Sequence record: SRR20825006_1098
DNA length: 32,672 nucleotides
Strand: one strand, 5' to 3'
Position numbers and translations under genes: made by a program. This document shows, in pieces, positions 1 to 9,500 of this stretch; the first letter of the stretch is position 1, and each line of letters starts with the position of its first letter. Below the pieces are notes generated by a model. It was not told where the DNA came from. It did no database searches and saw only the letters and a program-made list of their open reading frames with translations.

Positions 1-813
1 GTTTAATTCTTTTACCATTTCTTCACTCATGATCACTGCAAATGCTGCACCATCACTCATTTGTGAAGAATTACCTGCGGTTACACTGCCGCCATTGGCG
101 AAAACAGGACGCAATTTTGAAAGTGCCTCTACATTGGTTCCTTTTCGAGGGCCTTCATCTTTAGTTACGGTGTATTTTTCAGAAACTTTTTTTCCAGAAT
201 CGTTTACAAAAGTGTGTTCTATTTCAATTGGAACTATTTGGTCCTGAAAACGGTTTTCTTCTTGTGCTTTTAAAGCTCTCATCTGACTTGTAAATGCAAA
301 TTCATCTTGGTCTTCACGAGAAACATTGTATTTTTTTGCAACGGCTTCGGCAGTCAAACCCATATTCCAGTAGTAATCTTCATGGCCTTCTTTTGCCAAT
401 TTATAATCTGGTACAGGTTTGTATCCACCCATTGGAATATAGCTCATACTTTCTGCGCCACCTGCAATAATGCAGTCTGCCATTCCACTTTGAATTTTGG
501 CTGCAGCAATTGAAATTGTTTCCAATCCTGAAGCACAATAGCGGTTTACGGTCATTCCAGGTACATCGATAATATCTAAGCCCATTAATGAGATTAATCG
601 GCCCATATTTAAACCCTGTTCGGCCTCAGGCATAGCGTTACCAACAATTACATCGTCAATACGTTTTTTATCGAGTTGTGGTAACTCATTCATTATATAT
701 TTGATGGTTTCCGCAGCCAATTCATCAGGGCGTTTAAAGCGGAAAACTCCACGAGGCGCTTTGCCCACCGCGGTTCTGTATGCTTTTACTATATATGCTG
801 TTCTTTGTTTCAT
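1..813 (-). CDS. fadA: Acetyl-CoA C-acyltransferase (3-ketoacyl-CoA thiolase), 3'-truncated by the window edge; not in the ORF track
   Basis: Manual translation from ATG at 813 gives MKQRTAYIVKAYRTAVGKAPRGVFRFKRPDELAAETI...DDVIVGNAMPEAEQGLNMGR...TVNRYCASGL...AGGAESMS. These are thiolase N-terminal and catalytic Cys motifs, and the gene lies downstream of the dehydrogenase/hydratase gene. Confidence 0.93.
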   Translation of the reverse strand, partial: MKQRTAYIVKAYRTAVGKAPRGVFRFKRPDELAAETIKYIMNELPQLDKKRIDDVIVGNAMPEAEQGLNMGRLISLMGLDIIDVPGMTVNRYCASGLETISIAAAKIQSGMADCIIAGGAESMSYIPMGGYKPVPDYKLAKEGHEDYYWNMGLTAEAVAKKYNVSREDQDEFAFTSQMRALKAQEENRFQDQIVPIEIEHTFVNDSGKKVSEKYTVTKDEGPRKGTNVEALSKLRPVFANGGSVTAGNSSQMSDGAAFAVIMSEEMVKELN

Positions 814-832
814 AATAATTATTTTTTTTACT

Positions 833-861
833 TATGACGGTAGGACGTAGGATTTAAGACT
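833..861. repeat. Left heptamer array (TAGGACG-like x4), inverted partner of 1310-1338
   Basis: TATGACG-G-TAGGACG-TAGGATT-TAAGACT. Bases 841-852 (TAGGACGTAGGA) are the exact reverse complement of 1312-1323. Confidence 0.85.
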
Positions 862-894
862 AATTAAACGAATCCTTGTAGTGCTACTTTAAAG

Positions 895-1266
895 TTAAAT
901 GTTTTGTATTGACAGACTTTCCATAAACTTGGTTATCATTCCTTGGATTTTCTGAATTTTGGTTTCTTAATATTTAAATGTTTCTACTGAAATATTTCTG
1001 ATTTCATAGGAAATAATTAATTGTGTTTCCCGTTCAAAAGCTGAACCTAAAGCAGTTTCTAAGTATTGTAAAAAATGCCTATCAGTTCCTTTTGCTGTTC
1101 CCTCCGCTATATTTGACGAAATAGATACAGCACAGCGTTGCATCTGACTTGACAATCCATAAGTTTCCGATTTTGGAAATATTTTAGTTGTAGAATAGGT
1201 TTCTTTTGCCAACTCAATCCCTTCTTTCCAAATAGTTAGTTTTCTAAAGTTATGTTTTGCCGCCAT
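895..1266 (-). pseudogene. Four-helix-bundle protein (23S rRNA intervening-sequence protein / bAvd-like family), interrupted by an in-frame TAA at 967-969
   Basis: Family motifs HNFRKLTIW, FPKSETYGLSSQMQRCAVSISSNIAEG and SAFE.ETQL. After the TAA the frame continues as ETKIQKIQGMITKFMESLSIQNI to a TAA at 895-897, which resembles the missing last helix. Confidence 0.8.
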
Positions 1267-1309
1267 ATTTTCTTTTTAAATGAAAGTTTAATTATTTAAA
1301 AATATTTTT

Positions 1310-1338
1310 TGTCCTACGTCCTATAGTCCTATGTCTTT
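1310..1338. repeat. Right heptamer array (CGTCCTA-like x4), abutting the upstream gene's stop codon
   Basis: TGTCCTA-CGTCCTA-T-AGTCCTA-TGTCTTT, inverted relative to 833-861. Confidence 0.85.
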
Positions 1339-3747
1339 CTAATTTCTCAATGGTTTTCCTTTCTGAATCATATGCTGTAGTCTTTCTAAGGTTTTTCTTT
1401 CACCAGTAAGACTCAAAAATGCTTCTCTTTCAAGATCAAGTAAATATTGTTCACTTACGTAACTCGCTTCGCTTAAATCGCCACCAGCCATTACGTACGC
1501 AAGCTTATTTGCAATTTTCTTGTCGTGTTCGCTTATGTATTTTCCAGCAATCATTTGGTCGGTTCCAACAAGGAACATACCCAATGCTTGTTTTCCAAGT
1601 ACTTTTATATCTGTTCTAGGAATTGGTTTCGTATAGCCTTGATCTGCCATAAAACGTGCTGTAGCTTTGGCTGCGGCTATTTGTCTTGCTTCATTTACAA
1701 TTACTATATCTTTTCCTTGCTGAAGTATTCCAGTATCATAAGCTTCATAAGCTGAAGTGGAAACTTTTGCCATTCCGATTGTTAAAAAATACTCTTGCAA
1801 TCTGTTTAGTTCTACATCGTCTTTTTTGAAAGAATCACTTGCGCGCATTGCCATTTCTTTTGAGCCACCGCCACCAGGAATTACTCCAACACCAAATTCA
1901 ACCAAACCTATATAACTTTCAGCAGCTGCAACTACGCGATCTGCATGAAGTGTAAACTCGCAACCACCACCCAATGTCATTCCACGAGGCGCAACTACTA
2001 CTGGAATTGAAGAGTAGCGAAGACGCATACTGGTGTCCTGAAAATATTTTACAGCAGCATTTAATTCTTCATATTCTTGCTCTACCGCCATCATAAATAT
2101 CATTCCAATATTGGCACCTACTGAAAAGTTTTTTCCTTGATTGGCAATAACCAAACCGTCAAAATCTTTTTCAGCAATGTCAATAGCTTTATGAATTCCG
2201 GCCAAAACATCGCCGCCAATTGAATTCATTTTACTTATAAATTCTACATTTAAAATACCATCTCCAAGATCTTCGACTACAACACCATTGTTTTTAAAAA
2301 CTTCAGAAGTTTTACGAATGTTGTCAAGAATTATAAATGAATCCTGTCCTGGAACTTTAAGGTGTTTTTTCTGAGGAATATCATAATAATAGGTATTTCC
2401 TTCTTTAATAGTGTAGAAAGATTCTACGCCAGATGCTAGCATTTCGTTTACCCAAGAAGCAGGTTCTTTCCCTAATTCTTTAATAAGCGCTATTCCTTTT
2501 TTTACTCCAACGGCGTCCCAAATTTCAAAAGGACCGTTTTCCCAACCAAAACCAGCTTTCATAGCATCGTCAATCTTATATAGCTCGTCGGTTATTTCGG
2601 GAATTCTTTTGGAAACATAAGCGAACATAGCACCGAAATTTTTTCGGTAGAATTCGCCAGCTTTATCTTCACCTTTAATAAGAATAGGGAAGCGATCGGT
2701 TACTTTATCAACCGATTTTGTTTTCTCTAAAGTTCCAAAAGAAGCTTTTTTACTTTTTCTGTATTCTAATGATTCTAAGTCTAACGAAAGAATTTCGCTA
2801 CTACCGTCATCATTTTTCACTTTTTTGTAAAACCCTTGACCACTTTTGCTACCCAACCATTTGTTTACCATCATGGTATCGATAAAGCCTGGGATTTGAA
2901 AAATTCCGTGTTCTTCATCTTCAGGAACATTTTCATGAATTCCTTTTGCAACGTGAACTAAGGTATCTAAACCAACAACATCAACCGTTCGAAAAGTTGC
3001 AGATTTGGGGCGCCCAATAACGGGGCCAGTAAGTTTATCTACTTCTTCAATAGTGAGTCCCATTTCTTTTACTTGATGAAAAAGGCTTTGTATTCCGAAG
3101 ATTCCAATTCTATTTCCTATAAATGCAGGGGTGTCTTTTGCAACAACAGATGTTTTCCCAAGAAATTTTTCACCGTATCCATTTAAGAAATCTAACACTT
3201 CATTTGAAGTTTTTGGTCCAGGGATAATTTCAAAAAGTTTTAAATAGCGAGGCGGGTTAAAAAAGTGTGTGCCACAGAAATGCTTCTGAAAATCATCACT
3301 TCTGCCTTCGCTCATAAATTTTATAGGAATACCTGAAGTGTTTGATGTGATTAGAGTTCCAGGTTTTCTATGCTTATCAAGGTTTTCAAAAACTTGTTTT
3401 TTGATGTCTAAGCGTTCTATTACCACTTCAATAATCCAATCGGCTGTGTTAACTTTGGCAATATCATCTTCCAAATTACCAGTGGTAATGCGTTTTGCAA
3501 AATCTTTGTGATAGAGTGGGGCAGGATTACTTTTTATCGCTTTTTGCAAATCACCATTTACAATACGGTTTCGAACCACCTTATCATTAAGGCTAAGTCC
3601 TTTTTTTATTTCAACATCATTCAGTTCGCGTGGAACGATATCTAGCAATAGAACTTCAACGCCAATATTGGCAAAATGACAGGCGATACCGCTTCCCATA
3701 ATTCCGGAACCGATTACCGCTACTTTATTAATTCTTCTTTTTGACAT
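1339..3747 (-). CDS. 3-hydroxyacyl-CoA dehydrogenase / enoyl-CoA hydratase multifunctional protein (FadN/FadB-type)
   Basis: N-terminal Rossmann motif VAVIGSGIMGSGIA, plus SNTSG and catalytic HFFNPP; C-terminal crotonase motifs FSVGAN and LGGGCE; 802 aa. Confidence 0.95.
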   Translation of the reverse strand: MSKRRINKVAVIGSGIMGSGIACHFANIGVEVLLLDIVPRELNDVEIKKGLSLNDKVVRNRIVNGDLQKAIKSNPAPLYHKDFAKRITTGNLEDDIAKVNTADWIIEVVIERLDIKKQVFENLDKHRKPGTLITSNTSGIPIKFMSEGRSDDFQKHFCGTHFFNPPRYLKLFEIIPGPKTSNEVLDFLNGYGEKFLGKTSVVAKDTPAFIGNRIGIFGIQSLFHQVKEMGLTIEEVDKLTGPVIGRPKSATFRTVDVVGLDTLVHVAKGIHENVPEDEEHGIFQIPGFIDTMMVNKWLGSKSGQGFYKKVKNDDGSSEILSLDLESLEYRKSKKASFGTLEKTKSVDKVTDRFPILIKGEDKAGEFYRKNFGAMFAYVSKRIPEITDELYKIDDAMKAGFGWENGPFEIWDAVGVKKGIALIKELGKEPASWVNEMLASGVESFYTIKEGNTYYYDIPQKKHLKVPGQDSFIILDNIRKTSEVFKNNGVVVEDLGDGILNVEFISKMNSIGGDVLAGIHKAIDIAEKDFDGLVIANQGKNFSVGANIGMIFMMAVEQEYEELNAAVKYFQDTSMRLRYSSIPVVVAPRGMTLGGGCEFTLHADRVVAAAESYIGLVEFGVGVIPGGGGSKEMAMRASDSFKKDDVELNRLQEYFLTIGMAKVSTSAYEAYDTGILQQGKDIVIVNEARQIAAAKATARFMADQGYTKPIPRTDIKVLGKQALGMFLVGTDQMIAGKYISEHDKKIANKLAYVMAGGDLSEASYVSEQYLLDLEREAFLSLTGERKTLERLQHMIQKGKPLRN

Positions 3748-3753
3748 ATTATT

Positions 3754-4197
3754 TTAGTTTTCTGAATCGTATATTTTTTTTGAATTAACGAGTTCTGTGA
3801 TGGTATGTGCTACTCTTTTGAATGTTTTTAAGTCTTCAGCTGTAACATTTTTTTGAACAGCTTCATCAAAACCTAAAACCACACCTTTAGAAAACACCCG
3901 CATTTCTTTTCCAAAATCAGTTAAGTGAATTAAAACACCACGTCCATCTTCAGGGTTTGGCTTACGTTCAATCAATCCTTTTTTTTCCATAGCCTTTAAT
4001 GTGCGTGAAAGACTCGTGGCTTCCATACCCATTTTGGGTCCAAGGGCTGTACTGGGTGTTCCATTTTCAGGATCAATGCTTATTAAAGCAAATCCTGTTG
4101 CCATAGTGCTCCCTTTTTTTCCAGCTTCTTCATTATACATTCTTGTTACACTCATCCATGTGGAGCGAAGTATATAATCTATTGTTTTTTCTTTCAT
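3754..4197 (-). CDS. MarR family transcriptional regulator
   Basis: Winged-HTH pattern SLSRTLKAMEKKGLIERKPNPEDGRGVLIHLTDFG; ends 6 nt before the start of the dehydrogenase gene. Confidence 0.93.
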   Translation of the reverse strand: MKEKTIDYILRSTWMSVTRMYNEEAGKKGSTMATGFALISIDPENGTPSTALGPKMGMEATSLSRTLKAMEKKGLIERKPNPEDGRGVLIHLTDFGKEMRVFSKGVVLGFDEAVQKNVTAEDLKTFKRVAHTITELVNSKKIYDSEN

Positions 4198-4224
4198 TAA
4201 AAATTAATTGAAAAAGTAGCGAAC

Positions 4225-4232
4225 CAAATATA
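4225..4232 (-). promoter_or_regulatory. Bacteroidota -7 promoter element for the marR-fad operon
   Basis: TATATTTG on the minus strand matches the TAnnTTTG consensus, 27 nt upstream of the marR ATG. Confidence 0.65.
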
Positions 4233-4237
4233 CAAAA

Positions 4238-4263
4238 AATTTATTATGCATGCATAGTAAATT
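4238..4263. promoter_or_regulatory. 26-bp palindrome, candidate MarR operator
   Basis: AATTTATTATGCATGCATAGTAAATT is self-complementary except for one pair, and overlaps the spacer/-33 region of the marR promoter. Confidence 0.7.
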
Positions 4264-4294
4264 CTTGTTATTTATTTGTTATCAAATAATTTTT

Positions 4295-4621
4295 TTAAGC
4301 TGAAACAAATTTTAAGCCTACAATAGATATAATAAGTGTGGAAAGAAAAAACACACGCCAGAAGGTTGCGGGTTCATTAAAGTAGAAGATGCCTAGTAAA
4401 ACTGTGCCAACGGCACCAATGCCAGTCCAAACAGCATAAGCGGTGCCAATAGGTAGTGTTTTTGTAGCTTTTATAAGTAAAAACATGCTTATAAAAAGAC
4501 AAACTAAAAAACCGCCAAACCAAAATTTAGAATCAAGGTTGGTGGTTTCTTTAGCTTTGCCAAGACAAAACGCAAATGCGACTTCAAAAAGTCCAGCTAT
4601 AATAAGGAGGAGCCAATTCAT
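4295..4621 (-). CDS. SMR (small multidrug resistance, SugE/Gdx-like) transporter
   Basis: 108 aa with four hydrophobic segments, the membrane Glu in AGLFEV, and the LPIGTAYAVWTGIG motif. Confidence 0.92.
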   Translation of the reverse strand: MNWLLLIIAGLFEVAFAFCLGKAKETTNLDSKFWFGGFLVCLFISMFLLIKATKTLPIGTAYAVWTGIGAVGTVLLGIFYFNEPATFWRVFFLSTLIISIVGLKFVSA

Positions 4622-4627
4622 GGCTTT

Positions 4628-6412
4628 TTATTCATTATGCTCATAAATCTTATTATAAAGCGTTTTGTATTTTTCTTTTATAACTTTACGCTTCATTTTC
4701 ATAGTAGGCGTAAGGTGACCGCTTTCAATGCTCCAAGCATCTGGTGTTAATTCAAACTTTTTTACTTTTTCCCATTTGCCAAAACGTTCGTTATAAAAAT
4801 CTACTTCTTTTTGAATACGTTTTATCACAGCTTCATTTTTTACTATTTCATTTGGGTCTGAAGGAATATCTCTTCCTTTTTTTGCGCCCCATTCTTTTAT
4901 AAAATCAAAATCTGGTTGTATAAGTGCGGCAGGCATTTTTTCACCTTCACCAACTACCATTATTTGATCTATAAAACGTGATTGTTTCATTGCATTTTCC
5001 AAAAGCTGTGGTGCAACATATTTTCCGCCACTGGTTTTAAACATTTCTTTTTTACGGTCTGTAATTTTAAGGAAGCCTTCATTATCAACTTCACCAATAT
5101 CACCAGTATGGAAATATCCATTTTTTAAAACCTCATCAGTTTGTTCTTGATTTTTATAATACCCTAACATTACTTGAGGGCCTTTAATTAAAATCTCTCC
5201 GTCTTCGGCAATCTTAATTTCGGTTTCTTTCAATGCTTTACCTACGGTTCCAATTTTAAAACCATGGTCGCGCATATCGTTTACAGAAACAACAGGTGAT
5301 GTTTCTGTGAGTCCGTAGCCTTCCATAACAGGAATCTGCCCTGCATTAAAGACTCTTGCTAAACGTGGTTGTAAAGCAGCACTTCCAGATGCAATTGCTT
5401 TTAAATTTCCACCTAACGCTTCTCGCCATTTGCTGAAGATTAACTTATTAGCAAGTTTAAGTTGCGTTTCATACCACCAGCCATTCTGCCCGTATGGTTC
5501 ATATTTTAAACCTAAATCTATAGCCCAAAAAAACATTTTTTTCTTAACTCCCGTAAGCTCAGCTCCTTTTGCGTAGATTTTATCGTACACTTTTTCCAAC
5601 AATCGAGGAACGGCACTCATAACCTCTGGCTGAACTTCTTTTAAGTTATCACTGATTGTTTCTAAGCTTTCGGCAAAATGAATTTCAACACCACAATATT
5701 GATACATATACTGAAGCATACGTTCATAAATATGACACACGGGTAAAAAACTGAGCGCTTTCGATTTTCCTAGGTCTATAGGCAAGCGTGCGGCACTATA
5801 TTTAGCATTTGAAGCAATATTTTTGTGCGAAAGCATCACGCCTTTTGGTCTTCCAGTAGTCCCGGAAGTATAAATTAAAGTAGCTAAATCATCTTCGTGA
5901 ATTGCTTCTTTTCTTTTTTCAACTTCGTCTTGATTGCTTTCGTCTTTTCCTTCTTCCAGAATTTCATTCAAGTTAATAGTTCCTTCAATTTCATCAAAAG
6001 TGTAAACTTCTTTTAATGAAGGAACATTATCTTTTATTTTCTGAACTTTATCGCATACTTCTTTGCATGAAACGAAACAATAAATTGCTTCACTATGGTT
6101 AAGAACATATTCGTATTCGTCTTCTGAAATTGTAGGATAAATTGGAACTCCTTGGGCTCCAGTCTGCATAATCCCAATATCACAAATATTCCACTCTGTG
6201 CGATTTGTCATCGAAATTATGGCAATTTTATCATTAGGTTTTACGCCTTTTTTTAATAATGCGCGACTTAATGCGTTGCATTTATCTATATATTCCTGTG
6301 TTGAAGTCGGTTTCCATTCGCCATTATATTTTGTAACAAGCGCTTTTTGCTGCGGATATTTTTCAAGTTGGTAGTATGGAAAGTCAAAGAGTCTTTTTGG
6401 ATCGGTCATCAT
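4628..6412 (-). CDS. fadD: Long-chain fatty acid-CoA ligase (AMP-dependent synthetase)
   Basis: Motifs YTSGTTGRPKGV, GYGLTETS, GYFHTGDIG and ITDRKKEMFKTSGGKYVAP. Confidence 0.93.
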   Translation of the reverse strand: MMTDPKRLFDFPYYQLEKYPQQKALVTKYNGEWKPTSTQEYIDKCNALSRALLKKGVKPNDKIAIISMTNRTEWNICDIGIMQTGAQGVPIYPTISEDEYEYVLNHSEAIYCFVSCKEVCDKVQKIKDNVPSLKEVYTFDEIEGTINLNEILEEGKDESNQDEVEKRKEAIHEDDLATLIYTSGTTGRPKGVMLSHKNIASNAKYSAARLPIDLGKSKALSFLPVCHIYERMLQYMYQYCGVEIHFAESLETISDNLKEVQPEVMSAVPRLLEKVYDKIYAKGAELTGVKKKMFFWAIDLGLKYEPYGQNGWWYETQLKLANKLIFSKWREALGGNLKAIASGSAALQPRLARVFNAGQIPVMEGYGLTETSPVVSVNDMRDHGFKIGTVGKALKETEIKIAEDGEILIKGPQVMLGYYKNQEQTDEVLKNGYFHTGDIGEVDNEGFLKITDRKKEMFKTSGGKYVAPQLLENAMKQSRFIDQIMVVGEGEKMPAALIQPDFDFIKEWGAKKGRDIPSDPNEIVKNEAVIKRIQKEVDFYNERFGKWEKVKKFELTPDAWSIESGHLTPTMKMKRKVIKEKYKTLYNKIYEHNE

Positions 6413-6471
6413 TATAATATTATTATGGGGAGTGAAAATAACAAAATTATTTCAGTTTATTCTGAAAAGAA

Positions 6472-6500
6472 AAAGGAATGGTAAAATTTACCATTCCTTT
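6472..6500 (-). terminator. Intrinsic terminator of purL
   Basis: AAAGGAATGGTAA-AAT-TTACCATTCCTTT hairpin with a T-rich tail on the minus strand, 28 nt after the purL stop. Confidence 0.8.
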
Positions 6501-6528
6501 AAAATTAAAAATATATTTTTAAATATTC

Positions 6529-9500
6529 CTATTTATTTTCAAGCCAACCATAAGCATTCACAAAAGCCTCAACCCAAGGCGAAACCTCGTCATCATTTCT
6601 GTCTTTTGGGTAATGCGCCCAGTTCCAAGAAAATATAGATCGCTCCAAATGCGGCATCATTACTAAGTGTCTACCTGTTATATCGGTTAGCATTGCAGTG
6701 TTGAAATCACTTCCGTTTGGATTGGAAGGCAAAGATTCATAACCATATTTGGCAACAATATTATAATGACTTTCGCCTTTTGGAAAGCTAAATTTACCTT
6801 CGCCGTGTGCAGACCAAATTCCTAAAGTACTTCCTGCGAATGAGGAAAGCATCACAGAGTTATTCTCCTGAATTTTCACTGAAGAAAACGTACATTCAAA
6901 CTTACCAGTGTCATTGTGAAGCATTTTTGGCTTTTCTTTATCTTCAGAGTTCAATAATCCGAGCTCCATAAAAAGTTGACAACCATTACAAACCCCAAGT
7001 GAGAGCGTGTCTTCTTTTGCAAAGAAATCTTTTAATGCCTTGTTTGCTTTTTCATTGTATAAAAACGATCCAGCCCAGCCTTTTGCACTACCTAAAACAT
7101 CACTATTGCTAAAACCACCTACGGCAACAATTAGCTTAATATCTTCTAGATTTTCACGGCCTTCAACAAGATCCGTCATATGAACATCTTTTACATCAAA
7201 GCCTGCTAAGTGCATCATATACGCCATTTCGCGCTCGCTGTTACTTCCTTTTTCGCGGATAACTGCAGCTTTTATTTTTGGTGCATCAGCATTAATTTTC
7301 GGAAGCTTTCCTGTAAAATGCTTCGGAAATTCAAACTGCAAAGGTTGGTTTTTATAATTGTCAAAACGCTCTTTTGCTGAGGTTAAACCACTTTGGTTTC
7401 TATCTAATAGATAAGAAGTTTTATACCAAACATCTCGCATTTCTGGTATGCTAAAACTTAATTCTTCAGAATTAAATTTAATTTGAAGTATTTCAGTTTC
7501 TAAAACTGTTCCTATTTTTTTGAAATCTATACTGTTTTCAGAAAGTGCTTTTTCAAATGAAACATCGTCATTAGCTTGAATTACCAAACCACAATTTTCA
7601 GAAAAAAGAATTTTTACTAAATCTGTTTCACCTAATGTAGAAAGATCCAAATTCGCACCCAAATTTACATCTGCAAAACACATTTCTAATAAAGTTGTAA
7701 TCAATCCACCTGAAGCTACATCGTGTCCAGCAAGTATTTTTCCTTCAGAAATCAATCCTTGTATTGTATTGAAAACTGTTTTTACATACTGTGCACTTTT
7801 TACAGTTGGCGCATCATTCCCGATGGAATTTAAAATCTGTCCAAATGAAGAACCACCTAACTTAAACTCGTCTTGACTGATGTTTATGTAGTAAATACTT
7901 CCGCTCCCTACGCTTCGGGGCTTTTGTAAAACAGGTTCAACTACTTTTTTAATTGCATTGCAATTTCCAGCTGCCGAAATAATTACCGTTCCTGGTGAAA
8001 TAACATCACCATCTTTGTATTTCTGCTTCATTGAAAGCGAATCTTTCCCAGTTGGAACATTTACGCCCAAATCAATAGAAAACTCTGAAACAGCTTTTAC
8101 AGCTTCATATAAGCGCGCATCTTCCCCTTCATTATTCGCAGGCCACATCCAATTTGCCGAAAGCGAAACACTTTTCAATCCATCTTTTAAAGGAGCCCAA
8201 ACAATGTTTGTTAACGCTTCTGTAATTGCGTTTCGAGAACCTGCTGTTGGATCAATTAATGCTGTTAGTGGGGAATGACCAATTGAGGTTGCAACACCTT
8301 CTTTTCCGTGGTAATCCAATGCCATTACACCACAATTATTAAGTGGAAGTTGTAGGGGTCCAGCGGTTTGTTGTTTGGCAACACGTCCAGTTACGCAGCG
8401 ATCTACTTTGTTGGTAAGCCAGTCTTTACAAGCTACAGCTTCCAGTTGAAGCACTTGCGCAACATATTCATTTATTTTGGAAACGTCGTAAGCAGCGTTT
8501 TTATAATTTCTGTTTACGGTTTTGTCTTTCATTATTGTTTTTGGAGAACTTCCAAACATGTCTTCTAAAGCGAAATCCATTGGTTTTTCACCTTTTTTGT
8601 TTTCAAAACAGAAGCGTTTGTCAGCTGTAACTTCCCCAACTTCATACATTGGTGAGCGTTCGCGATCTGCAATATTCCTCAGATTTTGAATGTTTTTTTC
8701 ACCAATAATCAAGCCCATACGTTCTTGGCTTTCATTACCCATAATTTCCTTGGCAGAAAGGGTAGGGTCGCCAACTGGGAGTTTATCTAGGTTAATTTTT
8801 CCACCAGTGTCTTCTACTAATTCACTTAAACAATTTAAATGTCCACCTGCACCGTGGTCATGGATTGAAATAATTGTATTTTCATCGCTTTCAACCATTG
8901 CACGTATTGCATTTGCAGCACGTTTTTGCATTTCTGGATTGCTTCGCTGAATTGCGTTTAATTCAATACCACTACTAAATTCACCTGTATCTGCGGAAGA
9001 AACGGCGGCACCGCCCATTCCAATTCTATAGTTTTCACCCCCAAGAACCACGATTTTATCACCTTCTTGCGGTTTTCCTTTAATAGCTTGATCAGCTTTT
9101 CCGTAGCCAATTCCACCAGCGAGCATAATTACTTTATCAAAACCAAGTTTTCTTGCTTCTTCTTCGTGTTCAAAAGTTAAAACTGAACCAGCAATTAAGG
9201 GTTGACCAAATTTATTCCCGAAATCTGATGCACCGTTACTAGCTTTTATTAAAATATCGAGTGGTGTTTGGTAAAGCCATTCGCGTTCTTTCATGTTTTT
9301 TTCCCAAGGTCTGTTTTCTTCAAGTCTTGAGTAAGAAGTCATATATACAGCCGTTCCTGCTAGTGGTAACGAGCCTTTTCCGCCTGCTAAACGATCACGA
9401 ATTTCGCCACCGCTTCCAGTTGCAGCCCCGTTAAAAGGTTCTACAGTTGTTGGAAAATTATGTGTTTCAGCTTTAATAGAGATTACGCTGTCAAAATCTT

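Noticed and set aside
29-513. Plus-strand ORFs 29..247 and 307..513
   Set aside because: Antisense shadows of the thiolase gene.
895-1266. Diversity-generating retroelement, suggested by the Avd-like fold
   Set aside because: No reverse transcriptase and no template/variable repeat pair with adenine-specific mismatches in the window.
833-1338. Classical IS element or a true 23S rRNA intervening sequence
   Set aside because: No transposase motifs, no clear target-site duplication, and no rRNA sequence flanks the cassette.
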